This document shows, in pieces, positions 8,979 to 16,930 of a stretch of DNA of 40,957 nt. Below the pieces are notes generated by a model, which was not told where the DNA came from, made no database searches, and saw only the letters and a program-made list of their open reading frames with translations. This DNA comes from a virus (taxonomy: Duplodnaviria > Heunggongvirae > Uroviricota > Caudoviricetes), in the IMG/VR virus record IMGVR_UViG_2778261455_000003, positions 1 to 40,957 of that record. One strand, given 5' to 3'. The translations under genes and the position numbers were made by a program. Numbering within the stretch: position 1 is the first letter of the stretch; every line of letters begins with the position of its first letter.

Positions 8979-9116
8979 TTATTTATCCCACCAAGTTCCG
9001 TATCTATCTATCCAGATACACCAATCATCGACACTCCATTTTGTTGTGTCGCATTTTGGCAACTGGCATGAATATCTACCTTCTTTGTAAAGTCGGCGTT
9101 TGACTTTCTTGAGCAT
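8979..9116 (-). CDS. Small Cys-containing hypothetical protein (45 aa)
   Basis: RBS GAGGTGA before the ATG; MLKKVKRRLYKEGRYSCQLPKCDTTKWSVDDWCIWIDRYGTWWDK; found by manual translation. Confidence 0.35.
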   Translation of the reverse strand: MLKKVKRRLYKEGRYSCQLPKCDTTKWSVDDWCIWIDRYGTWWDK

Positions 9117-9124
9117 GGCTCACC

Positions 9125-9430
9125 TCAATCGTAATAAGCTGGAATTGATTTTCCGCGTTGCTTCTGGCGGCCTGAGCAAGTCACACCCATTTCACTGCGT
9201 GGCTTGCGGTAGTAAATACGGTTCTGTTTACGCTCGACTTCTTCTGCCTTCTTGCAGCGAAGGCTTCCGAGTGATGCTGCTTTATCTGCTCTGACGCAAC
9301 CAGAGAGCTTTAGCGCAATTTTTCGCGCCAGTCGCTGCTCTTGCATTGCCTGTTCACGTTGAGCCTGTCTGCGTGCTCTGCGGCGATTTCTGGCGTTATC
9401 GTCAGCCAGATATGTAATGACTACTGTCAT
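9125..9430 (-). CDS. N: N-type transcription antiterminator
   Basis: 101-aa ORF with RBS GGAGG; arginine-rich N-terminal motif NARNRRRARRQAQ; C-terminus …YYRKPRSEMGVTCSGRQKQRGKSIP resembles lambda N …WYSKPGERGITCSGRQKIKGKSIP. Confidence 0.75.
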   Translation of the reverse strand: MTVVITYLADDNARNRRRARRQAQREQAMQEQRLARKIALKLSGCVRADKAASLGSLRCKKAEEVERKQNRIYYRKPRSEMGVTCSGRQKQRGKSIPAYYD

Positions 9431-9740
9431 GTTGACCTCCGATGAAACAACTTTGGAATTGATAGTGATTGCAAAGTGGTTTCTGGCCCCTCGAACTGAG
9501 GGGCAGAAAGAGCATCTCGCCACCTAATAGGTCAATGCTCGGATCGAGAGATTTAATTAACCTCGGTTTTGAAGTTATGCATTCACATAAATCCTCCTGT
9601 TGCATGTGCAGCATTGGCTGTGTTTGGCGGCTGCATTTCGCCTATGGAATTGACTTTGGCGGTGACGCGCCGGGTGCTTATCTTCCGGTTGCCGTCGTGC
9701 AGCTGCACTTCACGTCACCCCAAAGCCAACTACTCTTTGG

Positions 9741-9782
9741 TTCCCGCATTTCGGCGGGACAATCCCATCAATGTTAAAGAGC
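9741..9782 (-). promoter_or_regulatory. nutL-like site (boxA GCTCTTTAACA, boxB hairpin TCCCGCCGAAATGCGGGA)
   Basis: Read on the minus strand between the candidate pL and N; the same boxA and boxB recur on the plus strand downstream of cro. Confidence 0.55.
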
Positions 9783-9828
9783 CTGCCAATCTGTTCCGTT
9801 TGGCTTCCAGCGTCCTGCTGATGGCTAA

Positions 9829-9916
9829 AGAATACTGTAGGTATTTTATTGTGTAAATACCCAAGGTATTTATTTTTGGTGAAATAATGATAAGCAAATG
9901 AATACAAAGGATATTT
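9829..9916 (-). promoter_or_regulatory. Candidate OL operators and pL promoter
   Basis: Three 17-bp inverted repeats of the AATAC-N5-GTATT type at 9830..9846, 9855..9871 and 9900..9916; minus-strand -35 TTTACA and -10 TATTCT with 17-bp spacing overlap them. Confidence 0.5.
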
Positions 9917-10001
9917 ATTTTTTCGGTGTCTGCTTGTTCAGTGCTTTTTATGCGGGATATGTGAAGTGGATCCCGATAGCTATTGCTGCCGGGATTATAG
10001 G

Positions 10002-10370
10002 TTAGTCAGCGAAGGTTAAGACGAGAATTACCTTAATGATGTCTGCTACAACAGACACGGCCATAGATAAACCAAAGACGATCCAAGCCACAGTGATGTC
10101 TTCACTACCATCGTATAGAGTTCCGTAATCACTGGTGTAAGGCGTAAATGTCGCGCCTTGATACAACAGGTATAAGCTTGATCCATAGAGGATAAATGCA
10201 GATATCCCTTGTATTGCTATGACCACTAGAATCATGAAACGAGCTGATCTATGCGCCCAAGCCTGGCTTATTTTTTCTGATAGAGATTTCGCAATAAAAG
10301 CATGCGCTAAGCCGTAAATTGTTGAGATTGCCAACATCCCAAAAAAGCTTGCTATAGCGGTTCCAACCAT
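10002..10370 (-). CDS. Small multi-pass membrane protein co-transcribed downstream of cI; unknown function
   Basis: ATG preceded by AAGGGGAG, 15 nt after the cI stop; about 122 aa with three long hydrophobic segments; occupies the rexAB position relative to cI and N. Confidence 0.55.
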   Translation of the reverse strand: MVGTAIASFFGMLAISTIYGLAHAFIAKSLSEKISQAWAHRSARFMILVVIAIQGISAFILYGSSLYLLYQGATFTPYTSDYGTLYDGSEDITVAWIVFGLSMAVSVVADIIKVILVLTFAD

Positions 10371-10387
10371 AAGCTCCCCTTGCGTGA

Positions 10388-11104
10388 TCAAACCAGCCTT
10401 AGTTTTGTCTCAATTGCAACGCCTATAATCTTGCAGTTTCCATTGATTGGCACGAGAGGCCATGCAGGATTAAGTCCCTTGAGGTATTTATTTCCGCCGT
10501 CGATTATCAGCTTCTTGAATGTTGCTTCGTTAGAGTCAGAAAGTTTTGCTATGACCAAGCTGCCGTTGATCGCCTCCCTTCCGGTATCGAAAAGAACGAA
10601 TGTCCCCTCTGGGATGCTTAACCCAACCGGTGCCGTCATTGAATCACCTTCCACTTTAAGCCAGAACGCATTACCTTGAATATGCGCGTCAGACTCAAGC
10701 CAAACATCTATGTCTTTAATGGTGTATGGTTCGCATGCTTCACACCACGAGCCAGCCTGGATACTGCTTAACACCGGATACCTCTTTCCTGCTCTGTATT
10801 CCCCTGCATACCTTACGTTGGCATCGCTCTTAAGGCTTTCTGCCTGTTCTGCAACCTTGGCAGCAATTGACTGGCTAAAATCAGCAATTGAGACTTGCAA
10901 CAAACGTGCAAAACCAGATGCGACCTCAACGTTTAGCGCGTTTCTGCCATTAAGATAATGCCCTACCGCTCCTTGGGTGATACCCAGTTCATCAGCGATT
11001 GAGTATTGGGTTATTCCCAATTCTTTCTTTTTTGACTCATACAAAGCCTTAAGCCGCTTAGCGTCTTCGAGCTGTTCTGTCGTCAGTGATTTTTTATTTT
11101 CCAT
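10388..11104 (-). CDS. cI: CI-type prophage repressor (HTH plus LexA-like S24 domain)
   Basis: 238-aa ORF; N-terminus …LTTEQLEDAKRLKALYESKKKELGITQ…, similar to lambda cI …[27 protein letters not shown]…; C-terminal GDSMTAP / FKKLI motifs. Confidence 0.9.
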   Translation of the reverse strand: MENKKSLTTEQLEDAKRLKALYESKKKELGITQYSIADELGITQGAVGHYLNGRNALNVEVASGFARLLQVSIADFSQSIAAKVAEQAESLKSDANVRYAGEYRAGKRYPVLSSIQAGSWCEACEPYTIKDIDVWLESDAHIQGNAFWLKVEGDSMTAPVGLSIPEGTFVLFDTGREAINGSLVIAKLSDSNEATFKKLIIDGGNKYLKGLNPAWPLVPINGNCKIIGVAIETKLRLV

Positions 11105-11210
11105 AGCTTAATTCTAATAGCTAAGGTACTTAAATTAAAAATACCCTGAGTATTGATTGCTTTGAATACCTGTAGTATTCTTTGTTCATGGTTAATAACG
11201 GAGAGTGCAT
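11105..11210. promoter_or_regulatory. OR region: candidate operators with divergent pRM and pR
   Basis: Inverted repeats AAATACCCTGAGTATT (11139..11154) and GAATACCTGTAGTATTC (11164..11180), same family as the OL repeats; plus-strand -35 TTGATT and -10 TATTCT (17-bp spacer) overlap them ahead of cro. Confidence 0.55.
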
Positions 11211-11405
11211 ATGATTCGAATGACACTTGCCGATTACGCCAAAATCCATGGACAGGCTAAAGCAGCCAGTGACTTTGGTGTAATCCAGTGCGCTATCAGC
11301 AAGGCCATTCTGGCAGGCCGTAACATCATGGTTACGGTAAAGCCTGATGGCAGTGTGATTGGAGAGGAAGTTCGTCCTTTCCCAAGCAACAAGAAAAACA
11401 AATAG
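11211..11405 (+). CDS. cro: Cro-type repressor
   Basis: ATG after [71 protein letters not shown] resembles lambda Cro. Confidence 0.85.
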   Translation: MIRMTLADYAKIHGQAKAASDFGVIQCAISKAILAGRNIMVTVKPDGSVIGEEVRPFPSNKKNK

Positions 11406-11411
11406 TAACAC

Positions 11412-11455
11412 CGCTCTTTAACAGTCATGGTCCTCATTCCCGCCGAAATGCGGGA
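11412..11455 (+). promoter_or_regulatory. nutR-like site (boxA CGCTCTTTAACA, boxB hairpin TCCCGCCGAAATGCGGGA)
   Basis: Immediately downstream of the cro stop; boxB identical to the nutL copy. Confidence 0.55.
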
Positions 11456-11513
11456 ATACAACGCGCATAAGTTGATGCGCATAACTTCTTATTAGTTAAG
11501 GAAATACTTACAT

Positions 11514-11792
11514 ATGGAACTTACAAGTGCTCGCAAGAAAGCGAATGCAATTACAAGCAACATCCTGAATCGAATTGCTGTACGTGGTCAGCGAAAGGTT
11601 GCCGACGCGTTAGGGATTAATGAATCGCAAATTTCGCGATGGAAAGACAGCTTCATCCCAAAAATGGGAATGCTTCTGGCTGTTCTTGAATGGGGTGTTG
11701 AAGACGAGGAGTTGGCGGAACTGGCTAAGAAAGTAGCCAGAATGCTGACAAAAGAAAAAGCCCCGAAGAACGGCGAATTCTTCGAGGCCTGA
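11514..11792 (+). CDS. cII: CII-type transcriptional activator
   Basis: 92-aa ORF; …QISRWKDSFIPKMGMLLAVLEWGVEDEELAELAKKVARMLT resembles lambda cII …QISRWKRDWIPKFSMLLAVLEWGVVDDDMARLARQVAAILT. Confidence 0.8.
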   Translation: MELTSARKKANAITSNILNRIAVRGQRKVADALGINESQISRWKDSFIPKMGMLLAVLEWGVEDEELAELAKKVARMLTKEKAPKNGEFFEA

Positions 11793-11826
11793 TGTAGAAA
11801 GACTGGATCAATCCACAGGAGTCATT

Positions 11827-12672
11827 ATGACAAATACAGCAAAAATACTCAACTTCGGCAGAGGTAACTTTGCCGAACAGGAGCGAAGAGTGGCTGATAT
11901 CGATGATGGTTACACCAGATTCGCTAACGAGCTGCTGGAAGCTATCGCAAGTGCCGATTTAACCGCTCGCCAGTTGAAAGTTATGCTGGCCTACGTCCGG
12001 AAAACATATGGATTCAATAAGAAAACAGATCGAATAGCCGATGAGCAAATTGCTCAGTTAACAGGACTATCAAGGCAGAATGTTAACAAGGCTAAAAAAG
12101 AACTGATTTCAATGAATTGCCTGTTTATGGATGGAAATAAAATCGGTGTAAACAGGGAGGTATCTGCGTGGCAATTCAGCAAGTGTCTCCAAGTTAGCAA
12201 CTTTGTCTCGAAGTTAGAGACAAAAAATGTCTCTAAATTAGAGACACTCAATGTCTCGAAGTTAGAGACACACAAAAGACATTCTTTAAAGACAAAAGAA
12301 AATATTAATAAACCCCCTATATCCCCCAAAAAAGTTTCTCAGAAGTTCGACCCGCTAGAAACAGAGTTGCCTGATTGGTTATCAGCAGAAACATGGTTGT
12401 CTTGGGTTACCTATCGCAAGGAGATAGGTAAGTCGATCAAGTCTAAGCAAAGTGTCACTCAGGCTATCAACGTTCTAAGCAGAAGTCTGGAGAAGGGATA
12501 TACACCTGAAGAAATTATAAACCAGAGCATCGCCAGTGGTTGGCAGGGGATTTTTGAGCCCAAGACTCCAAAGGGGAAACCTCAACCTAGGCCGCAGCAT
12601 CGAGCTATGCAGGAAAACTTTGCCGCCAAAGATTACGGACAAACTGAAATGCCTTCATGGGCGCAGGAGTGA
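11827..12672 (+). CDS. O: Replication initiator, lambda O type
   Basis: 281-aa ORF; N-terminus MTNTAKILNFGRGNFAEQERRVADIDDGY… near-identical to the lambda O N-terminus; iterons lie inside the gene. Confidence 0.85.
   Translation: MTNTAKILNFGRGNFAEQERRVADIDDGYTRFANELLEAIASADLTARQLKVMLAYVRKTYGFNKKTDRIADEQIAQLTGLSRQNVNKAKKELISMNCLFMDGNKIGVNREVSAWQFSKCLQVSNFVSKLETKNVSKLETLNVSKLETHKRHSLKTKENINKPPISPKKVSQKFDPLETELPDWLSAETWLSWVTYRKEIGKSIKSKQSVTQAINVLSRSLEKGYTPEEIINQSIASGWQGIFEPKTPKGKPQPRPQHRAMQENFAAKDYGQTEMPSWAQE
12184..12270. repeat. Replication-origin iterons inside O
   Basis: Three perfect 19-bp palindromic copies of TGTCTC(G/T)AA(G/A)TTAGAGACA at 12204, 12228 and 12252 (24-bp phasing), plus a degenerate copy at 12184, followed by an AT-rich tract. 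Confidence 0.6.
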
Positions 12673-12674
12673 AT

Positions 12675-13568
12675 ATGAATACGACAAATGGTTACAATCT
12701 GGCACTGCAAAGGCAACTTGTAGACTCAAAAATCAATGACATTTCTGATCTGAAACAGAAACTTGAGTTTAGCAAAATTGGATCAGCATCAGATGGAATG
12801 TCAGTTACCAGCACGGTGGAAGAGTGCGAGAAACACGGTAAATATACTTCCTATGAGAAATATCTGACCATCTCAGGAAAAAGAATTACTTCAAGTAAAT
12901 CTGAGTGCCCACAGTGCCTTGAGGAGAAAATTCGTAAGAAAGAGATTGAACGTGAGCAGGCAGAACAAAGAGCAAGACAATCAAAAATTGAATATTTGTT
13001 GAATTCTCTCAATATTCCAGAGAGGTTCAAAAATTGCACTCTTCAGAATTATGAGCCTGTTAACGATGATGCAAAGCGAGTTCTTAAGGTATGCCAGGCA
13101 TATGCCAGTAAGTGGCCTGAACGCCTTCAAAAAGGTGGCGGACTGGTCATGTGTGGTAAGCCTGGAACTGGAAAGAACCACCTTGCACTGGCTATCGCTA
13201 GGCACGCCATTATCGAGCATCAAAGCTCTGTGATATTTACCACTGCGTTGAAAATTGCCAGAGAGTACAAATCAACATGGTCTAAGGCCGCAACCAGAAC
13301 TGAAGAAGAAGTCATTAGGCAATTTACGCATCCTGACTTGTTAATAATCGATGAGGTTGGCGTGCAGTTCGGCAGTGATGCTGAAAAGCTAATCATGTTC
13401 GAAATTATCAACACCAGATATGAATACATGAAGCCAACAATCCTGATTAGCAACCAGAGCAAAGATGAACTGTCTGCATTCATTGGTGAGCGTGTTATTG
13501 ACAGGATGAATGATGGCGGCGGGTGCACTCTTGCGTTTACATGGGATAGTTACAGGAGCAGATCGTGA
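12675..13568 (+). CDS. DnaC/IstB-like AAA+ helicase loader
   Basis: Walker A motif GKPGTGKNHLA and Walker B LLIIDEVG; N-terminal Cys/His cluster; ATG after GGAGTGA overlapping the O stop; takes the place of lambda P. Confidence 0.8.
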   Translation: MNTTNGYNLALQRQLVDSKINDISDLKQKLEFSKIGSASDGMSVTSTVEECEKHGKYTSYEKYLTISGKRITSSKSECPQCLEEKIRKKEIEREQAEQRARQSKIEYLLNSLNIPERFKNCTLQNYEPVNDDAKRVLKVCQAYASKWPERLQKGGGLVMCGKPGTGKNHLALAIARHAIIEHQSSVIFTTALKIAREYKSTWSKAATRTEEEVIRQFTHPDLLIIDEVGVQFGSDAEKLIMFEIINTRYEYMKPTILISNQSKDELSAFIGERVIDRMNDGGGCTLAFTWDSYRSRS

Positions 13569-13855
13569 CTGGAAAAGAAATCATCCTGGAATATCTGAAA
13601 ACTCATGAACAATTCTCCCCACATGAATTAGCACTGATCACAGGAATACCAAATAACAGAATCGCTCAAGCAGCAAGGCATATGGTGAAACAAGGGCATT
13701 TGAGTGTTGTTGAGCGTAAGTGGAAGACGGTTATTTATGCAAAGCGCAAAGTGAAGAAGGAGCCAATTAAAAGAAATCCAGATGGTACGGGGTGGGGATG
13801 TGCAAATCCAATGACTGCATTTATCAACAAGGCATTAAGAGAGGTTAGGGCATGA
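13565..13855 (+). CDS. Hypothetical protein (96 aa), possible winged-helix
   Basis: ORF translationally coupled to the loader gene; no family recognised. Confidence 0.4.
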   Translation: MTGKEIILEYLKTHEQFSPHELALITGIPNNRIAQAARHMVKQGHLSVVERKWKTVIYAKRKVKKEPIKRNPDGTGWGCANPMTAFINKALREVRA

Positions 13856-14151
13856 GCAAGATGAAGAAAAAACTGAACTGGCTTAAGAATGCAATATTAA
13901 ACCGCAAAGAATACCGATCACTTTCTTGGTGGGAAAATTTCATGAGTGGCCATGTGAGCTTTGGTCCTGTCACTATATTCGGAGAAAACGCCATGCATTG
14001 GGCAGTGAATATCAAAACCAAACGGTGGGGATATATCTGTTTCCGACTGCCATTGCGTTGCTTTGGTCAATGGTGGCCAGTTTATTTCTATTGCTCACCA
14101 AATGGAACTCCTTGGGCTGCAACATTCAAGCTACCGAAACATATTGACTAA
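13852..14151 (+). CDS. Hypothetical protein (99 aa)
   Basis: ORF overlapping the stop of the upstream gene. Confidence 0.4.
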   Translation: MSKMKKKLNWLKNAILNRKEYRSLSWWENFMSGHVSFGPVTIFGENAMHWAVNIKTKRWGYICFRLPLRCFGQWWPVYFYCSPNGTPWAATFKLPKHID

Positions 14152-14176
14152 CATCCCTGCACGCTGATGGAGAGGA

Positions 14177-14428
14177 ATGATGACATATCCGCACATTTTA
14201 GAAATTCACGAAAAGGCGGCAGCGATTAACGCAGGACGAAAGCCTCAGTTTGGGGACAAAATGCGAAACCTTGTGGCCGGTGAAGACAACCCGCGCCGCG
14301 ATGCCTACTTCGTGAAACAGAAAAGAGTGACAGGACGAATGAATCCCGGGCTCTGGTACACGATGACAGACCGCAAAGGTAACTTCTGGGACTCCTGTCC
14401 GAAAGGCCTGATTTTCATTGACGAGTGA
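14177..14428 (+). CDS. Hypothetical protein (83 aa)
   Basis: ORF in the ren/nin-equivalent region. Confidence 0.4.
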   Translation: MMTYPHILEIHEKAAAINAGRKPQFGDKMRNLVAGEDNPRRDAYFVKQKRVTGRMNPGLWYTMTDRKGNFWDSCPKGLIFIDE

Positions 14429-14706
14429 TGGAGAGTGATATGGACGAATCAAGAAAGCAGTTTGAAGAATGGTTTGAAAACAAATATCACGTTTCAAGTG
14501 ACGTGATGAAGATTATGCACATCAAGGTCGAGATTGCATGGGAAGCGTGGCAGGCATCGCGAGCAGCTATTGAAATTGAGTTGCAAAAGCCAAAGAAAGG
14601 CCCACTTCCCGGTGATTATCACATTGGCTATGACTCAGGTGCAGAATCACAATACGAAAGCGATGTAGAGGCCATCCGCGCTGCTGGAGTTAAAGTGAAG
14701 GAGTGA
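14425..14706 (+). CDS. Hypothetical acidic protein (93 aa)
   Basis: ORF overlapping the stop of the upstream gene. Confidence 0.4.
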   Translation: MMESDMDESRKQFEEWFENKYHVSSDVMKIMHIKVEIAWEAWQASRAAIEIELQKPKKGPLPGDYHIGYDSGAESQYESDVEAIRAAGVKVKE

Positions 14707-14708
14707 GT

Positions 14709-14846
14709 ATGAGACTGAAGATACTAGGCTGGCACATCTCGATATCATGGCAGCCGAAAACCAAGTGGGGGTATTTCTCGTTTTGGCATGATGGACCCAT
14801 GAGAGCATTCTGGATAGGCCACATCGTAATAGAGTGGTGGTGGTGA
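14709..14846 (+). CDS. Small Trp-rich hypothetical peptide (45 aa)
   Basis: Strong RBS GAAGGAG 6 nt before the ATG; stop overlaps the ninB start; not in the ORF track because it is under 60 aa. Confidence 0.25.
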   Translation: MRLKILGWHISISWQPKTKWGYFSFWHDGPMRAFWIGHIVIEWWW

Positions 14847-15256
14847 TGAAGCAGACAATCTTCCTTCGAAGTAAGCAGCAACAGCAAGCCGCAATCAACG
14901 CCATCCTCGCAACACCACTCGATAAAGACAAGCCAGTCACCATCCGCATTACTGACTACAAGCGCAACATTGACCAGAACGCAAAATTTCACGCGATGCT
15001 GGCGGATATCGCACGTCAGGTTCAATGGTGCGGCAAATGGTTAAAACCGGAACAATGGAAGGTTTTGTTGATCAGCGGTCATGCAGTGGCAACAAAACAG
15101 GAAGCTGATGTTTTGCCCGGCCTTGAAGGTGAATACGTCAACATTCGCGAAAGCAGCGCGCAGATGAGTGTGAAGCGTATGGCAAGTCTGATTGAGTACA
15201 CGACAGCATGGGCTATTGGTCAGGGTGTCAGATTTACCGACAGGAGGTACGAATGA
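14846..15256 (+). CDS. ninB: NinB-family recombination protein
   Basis: 136-aa [30 protein letters not shown] resembles lambda NinB RSLDQNRKLWACLGDVSRQVEWHGRWL. Confidence 0.8.
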   Translation: MKQTIFLRSKQQQQAAINAILATPLDKDKPVTIRITDYKRNIDQNAKFHAMLADIARQVQWCGKWLKPEQWKVLLISGHAVATKQEADVLPGLEGEYVNIRESSAQMSVKRMASLIEYTTAWAIGQGVRFTDRRYE

Positions 15257-15429
15257 GACGACAGCGACGAAGTATCACCGACATCATCTGCGAAAACTGC
15301 AAATACCTTCCAACGAAACGCTCCAGAAATAAACGCAAGCCAATCCCAAAAGAATCTGACGTAAAAACCTTCAACTACACGGCTCACCTGTGGGATATCC
15401 GGTGGCTAAGACATCGTGCGAGGAAATGA
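15253..15429 (+). CDS. ninE: NinE-like small protein
   Basis: 58-aa ORF after [67 protein letters not shown]; identity from recall. Confidence 0.5.
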   Translation: MRRQRRSITDIICENCKYLPTKRSRNKRKPIPKESDVKTFNYTAHLWDIRWLRHRARK

Positions 15430-16376
15430 CGATGACTGCGTATTACAACGAAATAGATCCGTATGCAGCGCAATGGCTGCGTAACTTAATTGACGCTGGA
15501 GAAATTGCCCCCGGTTATGTAGATGAAAGGAGTATTGAAGATGTCACACCAGGTGATTTGCGAGGATTTACCCAGCACCACTTTTTTGCAGGAATCGGAG
15601 TTTGGAGCTATGCACTTAGAAAAGCAGGATGGCCAGACAACAAGAGTATCTGGACAGGAAGTTGCCCATGCCAACCTTTCAGCTCGGCAGGCAAAGGAAA
15701 AGGGGTTGATGACGAGCGGCACTTATGGCCGGCATTCTTCTGGCTTATTGAAAAATGCAATCCTGGCATCGTTATTGGCGAACAGGTTGCAAGCGCAGAC
15801 GGCCTCGCTTGGCTCGACCTTGTACAAACTGACTTGGAAGGTGCGAACTACACCTCTGCAGGTACCGATATTTGCGCTGCGGGCTTCGGTTCTCCGCACA
15901 TCAGGCAGCGATTGTATTGGGTGGCCTACTCCAACGACAAATATCAACTTTCAGCCAGAGACGCGCAGGGGAATTCAGAACCTATCTGGATGCGTGAGAC
16001 TAGCGGGATGGCAAACTCCTTTAGCGAACGATGCAACAGGTTCAACGCATTGCTACAGCGGAAAAGACAAGAGCGGAACCCCAAGAATCTGCTTGAAACT
16101 TCCCGGGACGGTGAAGCTATGTACCCATTACCGGTTAACGGCTTCTGGAGAGATGCAGACTGGCTTTACTGTAGAGATGAAAAATATCGTCCAGTTAGAC
16201 CCGGCTCATTCCCGATGGTTAATGGCATTGCCAAAAGCTTGGGACGAGGCAAGTCCACACTGGGAAGAATGGCAAAGCGCAATCAAGATCAGCGAATTAT
16301 TGGATATGGAAACGCAATCAATGCAGAAGTAGCAACGGCATTCGTGAAAGTTTGTATGGAGGTTGTTAATGCTTAG
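15426..16376 (+). CDS. DNA (cytosine-5) methyltransferase, orphan
   Basis: Motif I-like FFAGIG, catalytic PCQPFS, and an ENV-like EQV segment; no restriction-endonuclease-like ORF adjacent. Confidence 0.75.
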   Translation: MTMTAYYNEIDPYAAQWLRNLIDAGEIAPGYVDERSIEDVTPGDLRGFTQHHFFAGIGVWSYALRKAGWPDNKSIWTGSCPCQPFSSAGKGKGVDDERHLWPAFFWLIEKCNPGIVIGEQVASADGLAWLDLVQTDLEGANYTSAGTDICAAGFGSPHIRQRLYWVAYSNDKYQLSARDAQGNSEPIWMRETSGMANSFSERCNRFNALLQRKRQERNPKNLLETSRDGEAMYPLPVNGFWRDADWLYCRDEKYRPVRPGSFPMVNGIAKSLGRGKSTLGRMAKRNQDQRIIGYGNAINAEVATAFVKVCMEVVNA

Positions 16377-16548
16377 CCCATCCCAATCCATTCAATACCA
16401 GAAAGAAAGCGTCGAGCGGGCTTTAACGTGCGCTAACTGCGGTCAGAAGCTGCATGTGCTGGAAGTTCACGTGTGTGAGCACTGCTGCGCAGAGCTGATG
16501 AGCGATCCGAATAGCTCAATGTACGAGGAAGAAGACGATGGTGATTAG
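16369..16548 (+). CDS. ninF: NinF-like small protein
   Basis: [50 protein letters not shown]… after RBS GGAGG; matches lambda NinF from recall. Confidence 0.7.
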   Translation: MLSPSQSIQYQKESVERALTCANCGQKLHVLEVHVCEHCCAELMSDPNSSMYEEEDDGD

Positions 16549-16930
16549 CCGATATGGACAAATAACGTTTAAACATTTTCAAGACAATCCAACATGGGCT
16601 GCTGCGGCTGGATATGACTTTAATTATTTTGATTGTCTGTCAGTCGCATGTATTGCAACTACCAATGTTGCTAACAACATAATCGATGAATTCTTGGATT
16701 TTCCAGAATATCAGGTCAGAGAGTTGCCTGCATTTTTTGTGAAAGTATCTGTTGCTACAGCTCTGTTATTTATTTTGTTATTCGCATATCCATTGCTTGC
16801 CGTATTTGTTTATGTGAGATGCAAGCACTCACAAAAGGAATACAGCGGAGAGCATACCGATATTACCAGCACAAATATGCGAGTGTGGTTGAGGAGATGC
16901 CAAGAGAATTGGGGGAGACGTCATGGCTAA
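16538..16930 (+). CDS. Hypothetical protein with one hydrophobic segment (130 aa)
   Basis: ORF overlapping the ninF stop; putative transmembrane helix ATALLFILLFAYPLLAVFVYV. Confidence 0.4.
   Translation: MVISRYGQITFKHFQDNPTWAAAAGYDFNYFDCLSVACIATTNVANNIIDEFLDFPEYQVRELPAFFVKVSVATALLFILLFAYPLLAVFVYVRCKHSQKEYSGEHTDITSTNMRVWLRRCQENWGRRHG

Noticed and set aside
9402-9856. ORFs (70, 102 and 95 aa) overlapping the N leader, nutL and OL
   Set aside because: They overlap the regulatory elements and the N start in other frames or strands; the region is better explained as leader plus operators.
11750-11830. OOP-like antisense RNA at the cII/O junction
   Set aside because: A T-rich tract is present on the minus strand, but I could not fold a convincing GC-rich terminator stem like the lambda oop terminator; not reported as a feature.
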